NCBI GenBank assembly: GCA_963716255.1
Contig: OY970303.1
Span: forward strand, 6,688,001-6,752,000
Reading direction: 5' to 3'
Length of the DNA stretch: 64,000 nt
From: an uncultured Gemmatimonadales bacterium
Lineage (GTDB): Bacteria > Gemmatimonadota > Gemmatimonadetes > Longimicrobiales > Longimicrobiaceae
The position numbers and the translations under genes were made by a program. The stretch's first letter is position 1. Each line of letters begins with the position of its first letter. The notes below the pieces were generated by a model. The model was given only the letters and a program-made list of their open reading frames with translations. It was not told where the DNA came from and ran no database searches. Positions 42,601 to 64,000 of the stretch are shown piece by piece.

Positions 42601-45600
42601 GAGCCAGGTCCGCTGCCACACCGCGAAGTCGGCGTACTGCACGGGCAGCTCCGGGAGCCGGGGCTCCTCGCCCAGCACCAGCGCCGCGTAGCAGCGGTAC
42701 CACTCCTCGTAGAAGATGCCGCCCGACCAGCCGTCCAGCGCCAGGTGGTGGAAGGTGGTCAGCATCACCCAGTCCTCGTCGTCCAGCCGCACCAGCCGCG
42801 CCCGGTACGACGACTCCCGCGTGACGTCGAACGGGCGCGCGGCCTCCGCCAGCGCCAGCCGCCGGGCCTCCGCCTCGCGCGCGCCCCCGTCCTCCAGGTG
42901 GCGCAGGTCCTCCAGCGGCAGCGGCAGGCTCATCTCCGGCAGGATCACCTGCACCGGCTCGCCCGCGTCGTCCGTGCGGTAGACGGTGCGCAGGATGGCG
43001 TGGCGCCGCGCCACCATGTTCAGCGCCCGGCACGCCACCTCCGTGTCGAAGGCGCCGCGGAAGCGGAAGGAGATGGGGACGTTGTAGAAGGGGTTGCCGG
43101 GCTCCATCTGCTGCAGCAGCCAGATGCGCTGCTGCTGGAAGGAGAGCGGCAGCGGCCGGTCGTGGGGCACCGGGACCACGGGGGCGTCCACCACCTCGGG
43201 CGCGCCCGCGCGCAGCTCCTCGATGCGGCGCGCCAGCCCGGCCACCGTGGGCGCCTCGAACAGGGAGGCCAGCGACAGCTCCACCCGGAAGGCGTCGCGC
43301 AGCCGGGAGATGATCTGCGTGGCGAACAGGGAGTGGCCGCCCAGCGAGAAGAAGTCGTCGTGGACGCCCACCTGCCCGATCCCCAGCGCGTCCTGCCACG
43401 CCTCCGCCACGCGCCGCTCGACCTCGCCCCCGGGCGCGGCGTAGGGGGTCGCCAGGGCGGGACGCGAGTACAGCAGCGACGCGTCCGCCGCGGGCGCCGC
43501 TGCTCCGTCCGCCGCGGTCTCTCCGCCCGCCTCGCGGCGGGGCGCCACGCGCACCTGCGGCTCCGTGTCCAGGGCGAGGACGCGCTCCAGCGCCTCCGCC
43601 CAGCCGGGCGCCGCGCCGGGCTCCGCCCCGGGGTCGTCCAGCTCGTGCGCGAAGTCCCAGCGCACGGCGGTCCAGCCCAGGCGGTGCTCCGCCGCGTGGC
43701 GCCGCGCGAACGCCGCGGCGATCTCCGCGGCGGCGGCCTGGTGCATCCGCAGCGAGCCCGCCGCCGCGGGCGTCGGCGCGCTCTGCACCAGGCAGAAGTC
43801 GGGCGCCTCGCCGGCGAGGACGCGCTCCAGCGCGGCAAGCTCGGCCAGCGCGGCCGCCATCTCGTCGGCCTCGGGGCCGGGGACGAACGTGCGCAGCGGC
43901 ACGGACTCGCGGGTGCGGCCCACCTCCACCGTGTGAACCACGCCGCGCAGCGGCCCCCAGCGCTCCCGCGCCCGGGCGAGCGCCCGCTCCACCTGCGCGG
44001 GCTCCTGCGCGTCGGCGGCGAGCACCAGCACCTCCGCCCCGCCGGCCTCCAGCCGGCGCACCGCCCGCATGACGAAGGCCGAGGCGTGGTGCCGGTCGTG
44101 CGCCCCCAGCCAGGGGTCCCACTCCGCCCGGTCCTCCGGGAACGCGCCGCCCTCCAGCAGGAGCAGCTTCGCGCCGCGGCCCGCCAGGTGGGCGGCCGCC
44201 GCGAGCGCGCGCGGCGTCGGCCGGCCGCCCAGCAGGTAGAAGCCGTCCCCGCGGACGCGCGGCGCCGCGCCCGCGGGGCGGAGCGGCCGCTCGGAGCGCG
44301 TCCAGCGCTTCCACCCGCGCAGCGCCACGGCCGCCCCGCTCCCGCCCCGCAGCTCGGCGGCCAGCGTCTCCACAAGGCGGGCCGCCCCGCCGGACGTGGC
44401 CACGTCGACGATGCGGCAGGACAGGGCGGGGTACTCGCGGGGGATCACCTCCAGCGGTCCCAGCAGCATGGCCCGGGCGGGCTCCGCGGCGTCCACGCCG
44501 CCGACGTCGAACACCCGGTCCGCCACCAGCGTGATCCGCGCCGGGGCGCCGCCGGTCCCGGCCGTCCGCGCCAGGTGCACCAGGCCGGCGTACCCCCGCG
44601 GATGGATGTGCGCCGCGTCGTCCGGAGCTCCGTCCGCGCCGGTCAGCGTCCACAGGTGCACCCACTCCTCCGGCCGGGTCCCGTCCCGCTCCAGCGCCTC
44701 GCCCAGCGCGCGGAAGTCCTCGCCGCGCTCCGGCCGCATCCGCCACGCGTCCGTGCCGGCGCGCTCGAACGCCGCGCCGGGCGCCACCTCCACCACGCGG
44801 TGGCCGGCGCCGCGGAGCGCGGCGGCGAGACCCGCCCCCACCTCCCCCCCGTCCGCCAGCAGCACCCACGTCCGCGGGGCGTCGTCGGCCGGGGGCATGG
44901 CGGCGCGGCGCCAGGCGGGGATCCGCAGCACGGAATCGCCGTCCGCGACGCGGCGGCGGCGGCGCGACGGCCCGCGCCGCGCGGGGGCATCCACCCAGAA
45001 GCGCTGCCGCTGGAAGGGGTAGGTGGGTAGGGGGACGCGGCGGCGGCGCTCGCCGTCCGCGAACCGGTCCCAGTCCACGCGCGCCCCGGCCAGCCAGCTC
45101 CGCCCCAGCGACTCCAGCAGGAAGGCCGCGTCCGGCTGGCGCGTGTAGGCGTGCCGCAGCGACGCCAGCACCGACGATTCCGCCGCCCCCGCGGCGAGCG
45201 CGAAGGTGCCCAGGGTCCGCCCGGGGCCCACCTCCAGCAGCAGCCGGCCGGGCTCCTCCAGGAGCGTCCGCAGGCACTCCGCGAAGCGCACGGGGAGGCA
45301 CAGGTGGCGCGTCCAGTACGCGGGGTCGGTGGCCTCCTCGGGGGTGATCCAGCCGCCGGTGACGTTGGACAGGAAGGGGAGCGACGGCGCGCGCAGCGGC
45401 GTGCGGCGCACCCGCTCCGCCAGCCGCTCGGCCACCGGCTCCATGAGCGGCGAGTGGAAGGCGTGTCCGGCGTTCAGCCGGCGGCACGCCACGCCGTCCG
45501 CGAGCAGCCGTGCCTCCAGCGCGGCGACCGCCTCCGGCGTCCCCGAGACCGTGCACAGCCCCGGCGCGTTGTGCGCCGCCAGCGCCAGGCCGGCGCCCAG

Positions 45601-47706
45601 CAGGGGCTCCACGCCCGCCGGGTCCATGGGCACGGCGAGCATGGCGCCCGCGGGCAGCTCCGCCACCAGGCGCGCGCGCTCGGCCACCAGCGCGAGCGCG
45701 TCCTCCAGCTCGAAGACGCCGGCCAGCGTGGCCGCCACGTACTCGCCCAGCGAGTGGCCGAGCAGGGCCGCGGGGGCGAGGCCCCACGCCGTCCACAGGC
45801 GCGCCAGCGCGTACTCCACCACGAACACGGCGGGGTGGGCCAGCTCCGTGCGGGCCAGGCCGTCCGCGGCGCCGCCGCCGCGCCCCAGCATGCGGCGCAG
45901 GTCCGTCGCCGCGCCCGCGGCGCCGCCGTCGGGCCGCTGCTCGGGCGGGGCCTCGCCGGAAAAGAGCACGTCGCGGAGGTCCAGCCCCAGCCGTGGCAGC
46001 AGGATCTCCGCGCAGCGGTCCACCTCGGCGCGGAAGACGGGCTCCGCCTCGTACAGGCCGCGCGCCATCCCGGCGTAGTGGTCGCCCAGGCCGGGGAGAA
46101 GGAAGACGACCTCGCGCTCGTCCCACTCCTGCACGGCGTCGCGGATGCGCGCCGGGTCGCGCGACTCCAGCGCGGCCGCGGCCTCCTCGCCGCCGCGGCA
46201 CACCAGCACGCGCCGGTGGGCGAAGCGGCGGCGGCCCACGCGCAGCGTGTGCGCCACGTCGGCCAGCGGCTGATCCGGGTGCTCGCGCAGGTGCCGGGCG
46301 AGGCGGTCGGTGGCCTCCTCCAGCGCGGCGCGATCGCGGGCGGAGAGCACCAGCAGCTGCAGCGGGCGCGACGCGCCGGAGGATCCGGCCGGCGGCGCCT
46401 CCTCCAGCACCACGTGTGCGTTGGTGCCGCCCATCCCGAACGAGCTGACGCCCGCGATGCGGGGGGCGCCCTGCGCGTCCCAGGGACTCAGCCGCGCGCT
46501 CACGTAGAACGGCGACCGCGCGAAGTCCACCTTGGGGCTGGGGCGCTGGAAGTGCAGCGTGGGCGGGATCTCCGCGTTCTCCAGCGCGAGCACGGTCTTG
46601 ATCAGCCCCGCCACCCCGGCCGCCGCGTCCAGGTGGCCGATGCTGCTCTTCACCGAGCCCAGCGCGCAGAAGCCGGTCCGCTGCGTGCGGGCGCGGAACA
46701 CCTGGGTGAGGGCCTCCACCTCCACCGGGTCGCCCAGCTCCGTGGCCGAGCCGTGCCCTTCCACGTACGACACCCGGTCCGGATCGACCCCGGCGATGGC
46801 CAGCGCCTCGCCGATGGCGCGCGCCTGCCCGTCCCGGCGCGGCGCGGTGTAGCCGATCTTGCCGGAGCCGTCGTTGTTGACGGCCGTGCCGCGGATCACG
46901 GCGTGCACGGTGTCGCCCTCGTCCAGCGCGTCGGCGAGCCGCTTCAGCACCACGATCCCCACGCCGCTCCCCGGCACCGTGCCGCGGGCGTCCGCGTCGT
47001 ACGAGCGGCACGCGCCGGTGGGGTCCAGGATCCCGCCCTGCTCGAAGCGGTAGCCCTTGACCTGCGGAACCTGCACCGAGACACCGCCCGCCAGGACCAT
47101 GTCCGACTCGCCCGAGAGCAGGCTCTGGCACGCCAGGTGGACGGCCACCAGGGACGACGAGCAGGCCGTCTGCACGTTGAGGCTGGGACCCTCAAGCCCC
47201 AGCTGGAACGAGGTGCGCGTCGCCACCCCGAACGAGGCGTTGCCGGTCTGGATCTGCAGGCCGGCGTGGCGCAGCGCGGGGTGGGAGGCGAGCAGCTTCC
47301 AGTAGCCGTTCAGGTCGGCGCCCGAGAACAGGCCGATGCGCCCGGCGTACCCGGCCGGGTCGTACCCCGCCTGCTCCAGCGCCTCCCAGGCGCACTCCAG
47401 GAACAGGCGGTGCTGCGGGTTCAGGTAGACGGCGTCGCGCGGCGACAGGCCGAAGAACTCGGCGTCGAACATCTCCACGCCCGCGAGGACGCCCCCGGCG
47501 CGCACGTAGGCCGGGTCGCGCACCGTGGCGGCGGGGACGCCGGCGGCGACCAGCTCCTCCTCGGTGAAGCGGGTGATGCCGTCCACGCCCGCGCGCAGGT
47601 TGCTCCAGAACTCCGCCAGGTCCCGCGCGCCGGGAAAGCGCCCCGCCATCCCCACGATGGCGACCTCCTGGCCGGTGAACTGCTCGTCGTCGCCCGTCTG
47701 GCTCAT
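36625..47706 (-). CDS. Hybrid PKS-NRPS (3693 aa): KS-AT(malonyl)-KR(inactive)-ACP-C-A(DILHFGLVIK)-T(GGDS)-C(DCL-type)-A(DPLAIGAVVK)-T-acidic dock
   Basis: KS motifs: IAIVGMAGRFP-like, QTACSSS, HG, GHL, GVSSFGMGGTNAH. AT motifs: GHSLG and HAFH. The KR-like region lacks GxGxxG and the catalytic Tyr. Two NRPS modules follow. Confidence 0.96.
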   Translation of the reverse strand: MSQTGDDEQFTGQEVAIVGMAGRFPGARDLAEFWSNLRAGVDGITRFTEEELVAAGVPAATVRDPAYVRAGGVLAGVEMFDAEFFGLSPRDAVYLNPQHRLFLECAWEALEQAGYDPAGYAGRIGLFSGADLNGYWKLLASHPALRHAGLQIQTGNASFGVATRTSFQLGLEGPSLNVQTACSSSLVAVHLACQSLLSGESDMVLAGGVSVQVPQVKGYRFEQGGILDPTGACRSYDADARGTVPGSGVGIVVLKRLADALDEGDTVHAVIRGTAVNNDGSGKIGYTAPRRDGQARAIGEALAIAGVDPDRVSYVEGHGSATELGDPVEVEALTQVFRARTQRTGFCALGSVKSSIGHLDAAAGVAGLIKTVLALENAEIPPTLHFQRPSPKVDFARSPFYVSARLSPWDAQGAPRIAGVSSFGMGGTNAHVVLEEAPPAGSSGASRPLQLLVLSARDRAALEEATDRLARHLREHPDQPLADVAHTLRVGRRRFAHRRVLVCRGGEEAAAALESRDPARIRDAVQEWDEREVVFLLPGLGDHYAGMARGLYEAEPVFRAEVDRCAEILLPRLGLDLRDVLFSGEAPPEQRPDGGAAGAATDLRRMLGRGGGAADGLARTELAHPAVFVVEYALARLWTAWGLAPAALLGHSLGEYVAATLAGVFELEDALALVAERARLVAELPAGAMLAVPMDPAGVEPLLGAGLALAAHNAPGLCTVSGTPEAVAALEARLLADGVACRRLNAGHAFHSPLMEPVAERLAERVRRTPLRAPSLPFLSNVTGGWITPEEATDPAYWTRHLCLPVRFAECLRTLLEEPGRLLLEVGPGRTLGTFALAAGAAESSVLASLRHAYTRQPDAAFLLESLGRSWLAGARVDWDRFADGERRRRVPLPTYPFQRQRFWVDAPARRGPSRRRRRVADGDSVLRIPAWRRAAMPPADDAPRTWVLLADGGEVGAGLAAALRGAGHRVVEVAPGAAFERAGTDAWRMRPERGEDFRALGEALERDGTRPEEWVHLWTLTGADGAPDDAAHIHPRGYAGLVHLARTAGTGGAPARITLVADRVFDVGGVDAAEPARAMLLGPLEVIPREYPALSCRIVDVATSGGAARLVETLAAELRGGSGAAVALRGWKRWTRSERPLRPAGAAPRVRGDGFYLLGGRPTPRALAAAAHLAGRGAKLLLLEGGAFPEDRAEWDPWLGAHDRHHASAFVMRAVRRLEAGGAEVLVLAADAQEPAQVERALARARERWGPLRGVVHTVEVGRTRESVPLRTFVPGPEADEMAAALAELAALERVLAGEAPDFCLVQSAPTPAAAGSLRMHQAAAAEIAAAFARRHAAEHRLGWTAVRWDFAHELDDPGAEPGAAPGWAEALERVLALDTEPQVRVAPRREAGGETAADGAAAPAADASLLYSRPALATPYAAPGGEVERRVAEAWQDALGIGQVGVHDDFFSLGGHSLFATQIISRLRDAFRVELSLASLFEAPTVAGLARRIEELRAGAPEVVDAPVVPVPHDRPLPLSFQQQRIWLLQQMEPGNPFYNVPISFRFRGAFDTEVACRALNMVARRHAILRTVYRTDDAGEPVQVILPEMSLPLPLEDLRHLEDGGAREAEARRLALAEAARPFDVTRESSYRARLVRLDDEDWVMLTTFHHLALDGWSGGIFYEEWYRCYAALVLGEEPRLPELPVQYADFAVWQRTWLSGERLRRQVDYWKERLEGAPLALEVPTDRVRPPLRSYRGAQHRVVISAGLKERLEALCAREGITLFILLMAAYKVLLRRYSGQDDLVVGTVDANRSRPETEPLIGFFINTLPIRTRLDGDPTLAGLFARVRDATLGAYARAELPLEKLLEELHLERDVSRNPLIQVMFGFERPIAHFADPSPRLPLRAVEYADQGLTDSGTAKFDLDVLLREHPEEGTVVGILGYNLDLFDPATTERLLANYFALLEGIAADPERRVSQLEVMSPRERRRVLAEFNDTARPFPAEPLVHERFADAARRTPDAAAVLWGAERVPYAALDARANQVARALRRMGVGPETPVGACVERGPEMLAALLGILRAGGAFVPLDPAHPDDRIARVLRDAGAPVLLAQERLLERLAPLAPEVLPLDGSGVDRESADPVESGVGPANLAYVIYTSGSTGEPKGVRVEHRALLDTLLGAAERFGVRAGDVMPSLAGWTFDIWLLEALLPLLAGGAVRVVPAEHVTDMDALAREAEDATLLHAVPALMRQLAGALAQAGRALPGLRAAFTGGDAVPPDLPEAMRAAFPAAAVHVLYGPTEGVVICTAHHAREVRPERHPLGTPLPNTRVYVCDAAGAPLPLGVPGELLLGGAGLARGYGGLPGLTAERFVPDALCGEAGGRLYRTGDRARWRDDGTLEFLGRTDAQVKLRGFRIEPGEVEAALLRHGGVAEAVVAVRGDGPGEPRLVAWYTAQSGVTAEELRGHLRGSLPEYMVPSALVALDRLPLTPTGKVDRAALVAPAPADAAAEYVAPRGPVEEALAEVWRDVLGLDRVGVHDNFFALGGDSILSIQAVSRARRAGVELKPRHFFENPTIAELAPLVPADGGGPIAEAGHGPAPFALAALEPDALGALLAGADDVEDAYPLTPMQEGMLFHSLYAPGEGGYVGQYVFSLAGEVDAAAFRRAWQGAVDRHPALRTDFAWEGLDRPLQRVRRGAEVPFLEEDWRGLPAGEQAARLDAFLAEDRARGFDPARAPLMRLAVFRLADDLHRVAWTHHHLVTDGWSLPLLFRDVVALYDGFARGTDAELGAAPPYRDYVAWLQGRDLAAAERFWRGSLAGFAAPTPLEIARPAAPAEVAHGYGRARMELADAESAALGAMARRHQLTAATLVQGAWALLLSRYGGGDDVLFGAVVSGRPGELAGVEEMVGLFINTVPVRVPVRPDANLADWLAELQRRLAAAREHAYTPLVQVRAWTEVPAARPLFESIVVFQNQPMDDVLAGGDRRLAVRDLEGTEQADLPLTLVAALQGRLRVEAEFQRERFDPEAIGRMLGHLRVLLEEFAAGPERRLGDVELLAGAERRRVLEEWSGRPAGAGFVPVHEAFAARARENPDATAVLWGAEPVTYGELDARAGRLAEAIRLAGAGPEARVAVYTERGPDAVAALLAALRAGCAFVPLDPAYRSERLAHMLRDSGAAVLVTQASLRAQLGGFGGEVVLVDEAPSPTRGEGEHDTTAPEGQEALPQNWGRVASLGEPGEGAEDAYAVPVDPDRLAYVVYTSGSTGTPKGVAVPHGALAAVVDACVRLHGIGRATRLLQAYSLSFDPGVLDVFMALATGATLVVAGREDQLSGERLAELVRSHAVTAAALPPALLGAMPDDGLPTLRTVIAGGEACPPETVARWSRGRRFFVAYGPTETTVVATALEAAGPEAGAPIGRPLPGVRVFVADGEGRPVPAGVPGELWIGGMGVARGYLGRPEPTAAAFVPDALSGAAGARLYRTGDRVRWRADGALEFLGRVDLQVKVRGFRIEPGEVEAVLTAHPAVRDAVVEARGDAPGERRLVAYVTPSGGEVPVDGLRVHARERLPEHMVPAAFVVLDALPLTPGGKVDRRALPAPEGAPDPAAYVAPRTPVEALLADIVADVLGLERVGVHDGFFDIGGHSLLATRVVARIHRALGVDVPLRAFFAAPTVAGIAEHLAAETPVAPEAEDRLEDMLGRLEELSDEEVMRLLGK
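38050..38163. repeat. Double-hairpin element, copy 4 (in frame within the last A domain of the PKS-NRPS)
   Basis: CCCTCCCCCA-ATTC-TGGGGGAGGG and CCCTCTCCC-CTTGT-GGGAGAGGG arms. Encodes APSPTRGEGEHD...LPQNWGRVASLGEPGEG. Confidence 0.88.
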
Positions 47707-47740
47707 CGTGGCTGTGCGTGCGGTGGAAGATGGGCGCGCG

Positions 47741-60565
<12,825 letters not shown>

Positions 60566-60701
60566 GCCTGCTGTCTCACCGGGGTCGCCGACGTCGCGTC
60601 TGTCTATTCCTGTCCCAATCCAGGCGCCGGGACCGGGCGCCGGGGCTCCCCCGGAGGCGAGCGCTTCGGGGCGCCCGGACATCGGATAGATGGCGGAAAG
60701 T

Positions 60702-60730
60702 AAATTATCCTGGCGCGCGGGGTTTCGGAA
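60702..60730 (-). promoter_or_regulatory. Putative promoter for the minus-strand NRPS operon
   Basis: On the minus strand, TTCCGA-17 nt-TAATTT (overlapping GATAAT), about 140 bp upstream of ATG 60565. Confidence 0.3.
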
Positions 60731-60952
60731 CCCCTCGCGCGGGGCCCCGGGGGCCTGCCGGCGGGTCTCCCCGGCCTCGCCGGATGCACGGCTCCGCTGG
60801 GAGAAACGCCCGGAGGGCGCCGCGGGACGGGGGAGCCCCACGGACCCCCCGGCGCGGGCCGGCCGGCGTGCGGCGGACCGCGATCCCGGCCTCCCTCGCC
60901 CGCGGGGAGCGAAAAAGCGAGCGGTGGCGCGGCGGAAAGCCGCCGGACGCGG

Positions 60953-60981
60953 TTGCGCATCGGCGGAGGCGGGGGTATGTT
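60953..60981 (+). promoter_or_regulatory. Putative sigma70-type promoter for the plus-strand NRPS
   Basis: TTGCGC-17 nt-TATGTT in an AT-enriched patch of the divergent intergenic region. Confidence 0.4.
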
Positions 60982-61158
60982 CCCAGCCATAATCATGACA
61001 CTACGGGAGTTAGAGATCGTCCACGTTTGCCCCGGGCCAGGGGTGTCGCCCCCGGGACGCGCGGGGCGTGGCCGACGCTTGCCCGTACCCAGGGGTCCGG
61101 CCGGCCCGTGGCCGGGGTCCGTGTCCGCCTGCCCGTCCCGACGACTCCAGCCGCGCCC

Positions 61159-64000
61159 GTGGAAATAGCCCAGCCTGGAGAACGCCGAGACGTTTCGCGC
61201 CTGATCGAGGACGTGTACCCGCTGAGCCCGGTGCAGCAGGGGATGATCTTCCACGAGCAGTACGCGCCGGACTCGGGGATGTACGTCAGCCAGTTCGTCC
61301 TGGGGCTCCGCGGCAGGCTGGATCCCGCGGTGCTGCGCCGCGCGTGGGAGCGGGTGCTCGACCTCCGCCCCGTGCTGCGGACCGGGTTCCTGCTGGAAGG
61401 GGTGCCGGGCCCCGTGCAGGTGGTCCTGCGCTGCGGGGAGGTGCCCTGGGAGCTCCTCGACTGGCGCGGCCTTCCGCGCGCCGAGCAGGAGGAGGGGCTG
61501 CGCCGGCACCTGGCCGCGGCGCGCGCGCGGCGCTTCGACCTGCTCGATCCGCCGCTGATGCGGCTGGCGCTCGTCCGCACGGCGGACGAGGCGTGGCAGC
61601 TCGCCTGGAGCCACCACCACCTGGTGCTGGACGGCTGGTCCATCCCGCTGGTGCTGCAGGACGTGCTCGCCTGCTACGACGCGCTCCTGGAAGGCGCCGC
61701 CCCCACCCTCCCCCACCGGCGGCCGTACCGCGACTACGTCGCCTGGCTGCTCCGGCGGGACCCGTCCGCGGCCGAGGCGTACTGGCGGGGCGCCCTGCAC
61801 GACTTCACCGAGCCCACGCCCCTGGGTGCGGACCGGCACCTCCCCGCGGGGCCGGACACGGGCGGCGTCCACGGCACGGTCCGGCGGGAGGTGGGTGCCG
61901 GCGCGACCGGGGCGCTGCGGGCGTTCGCCAGGGAGCACCGGGTCACGCTCAACACGCTGGTGCAGGGGGCGTGGGCGCTGCTGCTGGGGCGCGGGTCGGG
62001 GGAGGGGGACGTGGTGTTCGGGACGGCGGTGTCCGGGCGGCCGCCGGAGCTGGCGGGGATGGAGCAGATGATCGGCCTGTTCATCAACACGCTCCCGGTG
62101 CGGGTGCGGGTGGACGGGCACGCGCGGGTGGACGAGTGGCTGCAGGCCCTTCACCGGGGGCAGACCGCGGCGCGGGCGTACGACCACACCCCGCTCGCCG
62201 AGGTGCAGCGGTGGAGCGGGGTGCCGGCGGGGCAGCCGCTCTTCGAGAGCATCGTGGCGTTCGAGAACCTCCCGGTGGAGGACGCGGGCGTGCGGAGCTT
62301 CGCGGTGGAGCGCTGGGAGGTGGTGGGATGGAGCCACTACCCGCTCGAGCTGGTGGCGATCCCGGGCGAGAGGCTGGACCTGCGGATGGGGTACGATGCC
62401 GGGCGGATCGAGCCGGACGCGGCGGAGCGGATGGCGGATGCCCTGGAGGCGGCCCTGGAGGCGCTGGCCGCCGGTCCCGGGCGGCCCCTTTCCGGGGTCC
62501 CGCTCCTGCGGGGAACGGAGCGCGCGCGGGTGCTGGAAAGCTGGAACGCCACCGCCGCCGACTTCCCCGCCGCGTGCGTGCACGAGCTGGTCTCCGCGCG
62601 GGCGGCGCGCGAACCGCACGCCGTGGCCGTGGTCTTCGAGGGGACGACGCTGAGCTTCGCGGAGCTGGAGGCACGCGCCAACCGGCTCGCCCGGCACCTG
62701 CGGCGGCTGGGCGTGCGTCCGGAGACCCGGGTGGGGGTGTGCGCCGAGCGCTCGCCCGAGCTCGTGGTCGCCCTGCTGGCGGTGCTCAGGGCAGGCGGCG
62801 CCTACGTGCCGCTGGATCCCTCCTATCCCGCCGAGCGCCTGGCCTGCCTGGTGGAGGATGCCGGCGCGCCGCTGCTGCTGACGCAGGAGCGCCTGCTGGA
62901 GCGCCTTCCCCCCCACGCGGCGCAGGTCCTCTGCCTGGACCGCGACGCCGCCCGGGTCGCCGCGGAAAGCGCGGAGCCCCTGCCGCAGCGCGCCGAACCG
63001 CAATCCCTCGCATACGTAATCCACACTTCCGGCTCCACCGGGCGCCCCAAAGGCGCCATGAACACGCACGAAGGCGTCGCCAACCGGCTGCTGTGGATGC
63101 AGGCGGAGTACGGGCTTGGCCCCGGCGACGCGGTGCTCCAGAAGACGCCGTTCAGCTTCGACGTGTCGGTGTGGGAATTCTTCTGGCCGCTGCTCGCGGG
63201 CGCGCGGCTTGTGCTGGCGAAGCCGGGGGGGCACGGGGACCCGGCGTACCTGTCGGAGCTGATCGAGCGGGAAAGCGTCACCACCCTCCACTTCGTCCCG
63301 CCGATGCTCGCCGCCTTCCTGGAGGCGGGGGAGCCCGCGCGGTGCGCGTCGCTGCGGCGGGTGGTGTGCAGCGGGGAGGCGCTTCCGTACGAGCTGACGG
63401 AGCGCTTCCGCGAAGCGCTGCCCGGCGTGGAGCTGCACAACCTGTACGGTCCCACCGAAGCCGCCGTGGACGTCACCCACTGGGCGTGCGAGCCGCGGGA
63501 GCGGCGCGTGGTCCCCATCGGCCGGCCGGTGGCCAACACGCGCCTGTACGTGCTGGACCCGGGGGGCGAGCCGGTGCCGGTGGGGGCGCCGGGCGAGCTG
63601 TACCTGGGCGGGGTGCAGCTGGGGCGCGGCTACCTGGGGCGGCCGGGGCGGACGGCCGAGCGATGGGTGCCCGACGCGCTTTCCGGCGGCGCGGGCGGGC
63701 GGTTGTACCGCACGGGAGACCGGGTGAGATGGACGGCCGCCGGGGAGCTGGAGTACCTGGGGCGCATGGACTTCCAGGTCAAGGTGCGGGGCTTCCGCAT
63801 CGAGCCGGGGGAGATCGAGGCCGCGCTGCTGGCGCACGCGCGGGTGCGCGAGGCGGTGGTGGCCGCGCGGGAGGACGCGCCGGGCGCCGGGCCGCGGCTG
63901 GCTGCCTACGTGGTGCCGCAGGCGGGCGTGGAGGTCACGGCGGCGGAGCTGCGCGAGCACCTGCGGGAGCGGCTCCCGGAGCACCTGGTGCCCGGCGCCT
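61159..64000 (+). CDS. Divergent NRPS (partial, runs off right edge): C(DCL-type)-A(Ser, DVWHVSLVDK)...
   Basis: Manual translation: (V/M)EIAQPGERRDVSRLIEDVYPLSPVQQGMIFH...HHHLVLDGWS...FINTLPVRV...[10 protein letters not shown]...FDVSVWEFF...YRTGD. The start codon (GTG 61159) is uncertain because the frame is open further upstream. Confidence 0.9.
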   Translation, partial: MEIAQPGERRDVSRLIEDVYPLSPVQQGMIFHEQYAPDSGMYVSQFVLGLRGRLDPAVLRRAWERVLDLRPVLRTGFLLEGVPGPVQVVLRCGEVPWELLDWRGLPRAEQEEGLRRHLAAARARRFDLLDPPLMRLALVRTADEAWQLAWSHHHLVLDGWSIPLVLQDVLACYDALLEGAAPTLPHRRPYRDYVAWLLRRDPSAAEAYWRGALHDFTEPTPLGADRHLPAGPDTGGVHGTVRREVGAGATGALRAFAREHRVTLNTLVQGAWALLLGRGSGEGDVVFGTAVSGRPPELAGMEQMIGLFINTLPVRVRVDGHARVDEWLQALHRGQTAARAYDHTPLAEVQRWSGVPAGQPLFESIVAFENLPVEDAGVRSFAVERWEVVGWSHYPLELVAIPGERLDLRMGYDAGRIEPDAAERMADALEAALEALAAGPGRPLSGVPLLRGTERARVLESWNATAADFPAACVHELVSARAAREPHAVAVVFEGTTLSFAELEARANRLARHLRRLGVRPETRVGVCAERSPELVVALLAVLRAGGAYVPLDPSYPAERLACLVEDAGAPLLLTQERLLERLPPHAAQVLCLDRDAARVAAESAEPLPQRAEPQSLAYVIHTSGSTGRPKGAMNTHEGVANRLLWMQAEYGLGPGDAVLQKTPFSFDVSVWEFFWPLLAGARLVLAKPGGHGDPAYLSELIERESVTTLHFVPPMLAAFLEAGEPARCASLRRVVCSGEALPYELTERFREALPGVELHNLYGPTEAAVDVTHWACEPRERRVVPIGRPVANTRLYVLDPGGEPVPVGAPGELYLGGVQLGRGYLGRPGRTAERWVPDALSGGAGGRLYRTGDRVRWTAAGELEYLGRMDFQVKVRGFRIEPGEIEAALLAHARVREAVVAAREDAPGAGPRLAAYVVPQAGVEVTAAELREHLRERLPEHLVPGA

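Noticed and set aside
60566..60841. 92-codon N-terminal extension of ORF 47741..60841
   Set aside because: Low-complexity sequence covering the likely promoter region. C-domain homology begins right after 60565.

Overview
A very GC-rich window (roughly 75% by eye) lying entirely inside one giant NRPS / hybrid PKS-NRPS biosynthetic gene cluster that runs off both ends. Five co-oriented minus-strand megasynthetase genes (60565->47741, 47706->36625, 36275->25176, 25123->12170, 12138->off the left edge) encode 16 complete NRPS modules, one PKS module with a degenerate KR, and two N-methyltransferase domains. A sixth NRPS starts divergently on the plus strand near 61159 and runs off the right edge. 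No thioesterase, epimerization domain, tailoring, transport or regulatory gene is visible. The most unusual signal is a ~115-145 bp double-hairpin repeat (BoxC/REP-doublet-like). It occurs once intergenically and three times in frame inside adenylation domains, always in the loop just before the A3 (YTSGSTG) motif and always after an F[GA]G[EKQ][VI][VL] tag. Two other tag-bearing loops carry an 8-bp tandem repeat instead. Other notable points are a deletion scar of an epimerization domain, an internal fossil docking helix marking a gene fusion, a Flavo-1-like structured RNA in the only large internal spacer, and several A domains with atypical specificity codes. The gene style suggests Gemmatimonadota (Longimicrobium-like), but that is inference only. 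Substrate codes were read by eye against GrsA/PheA positions and are tentative.
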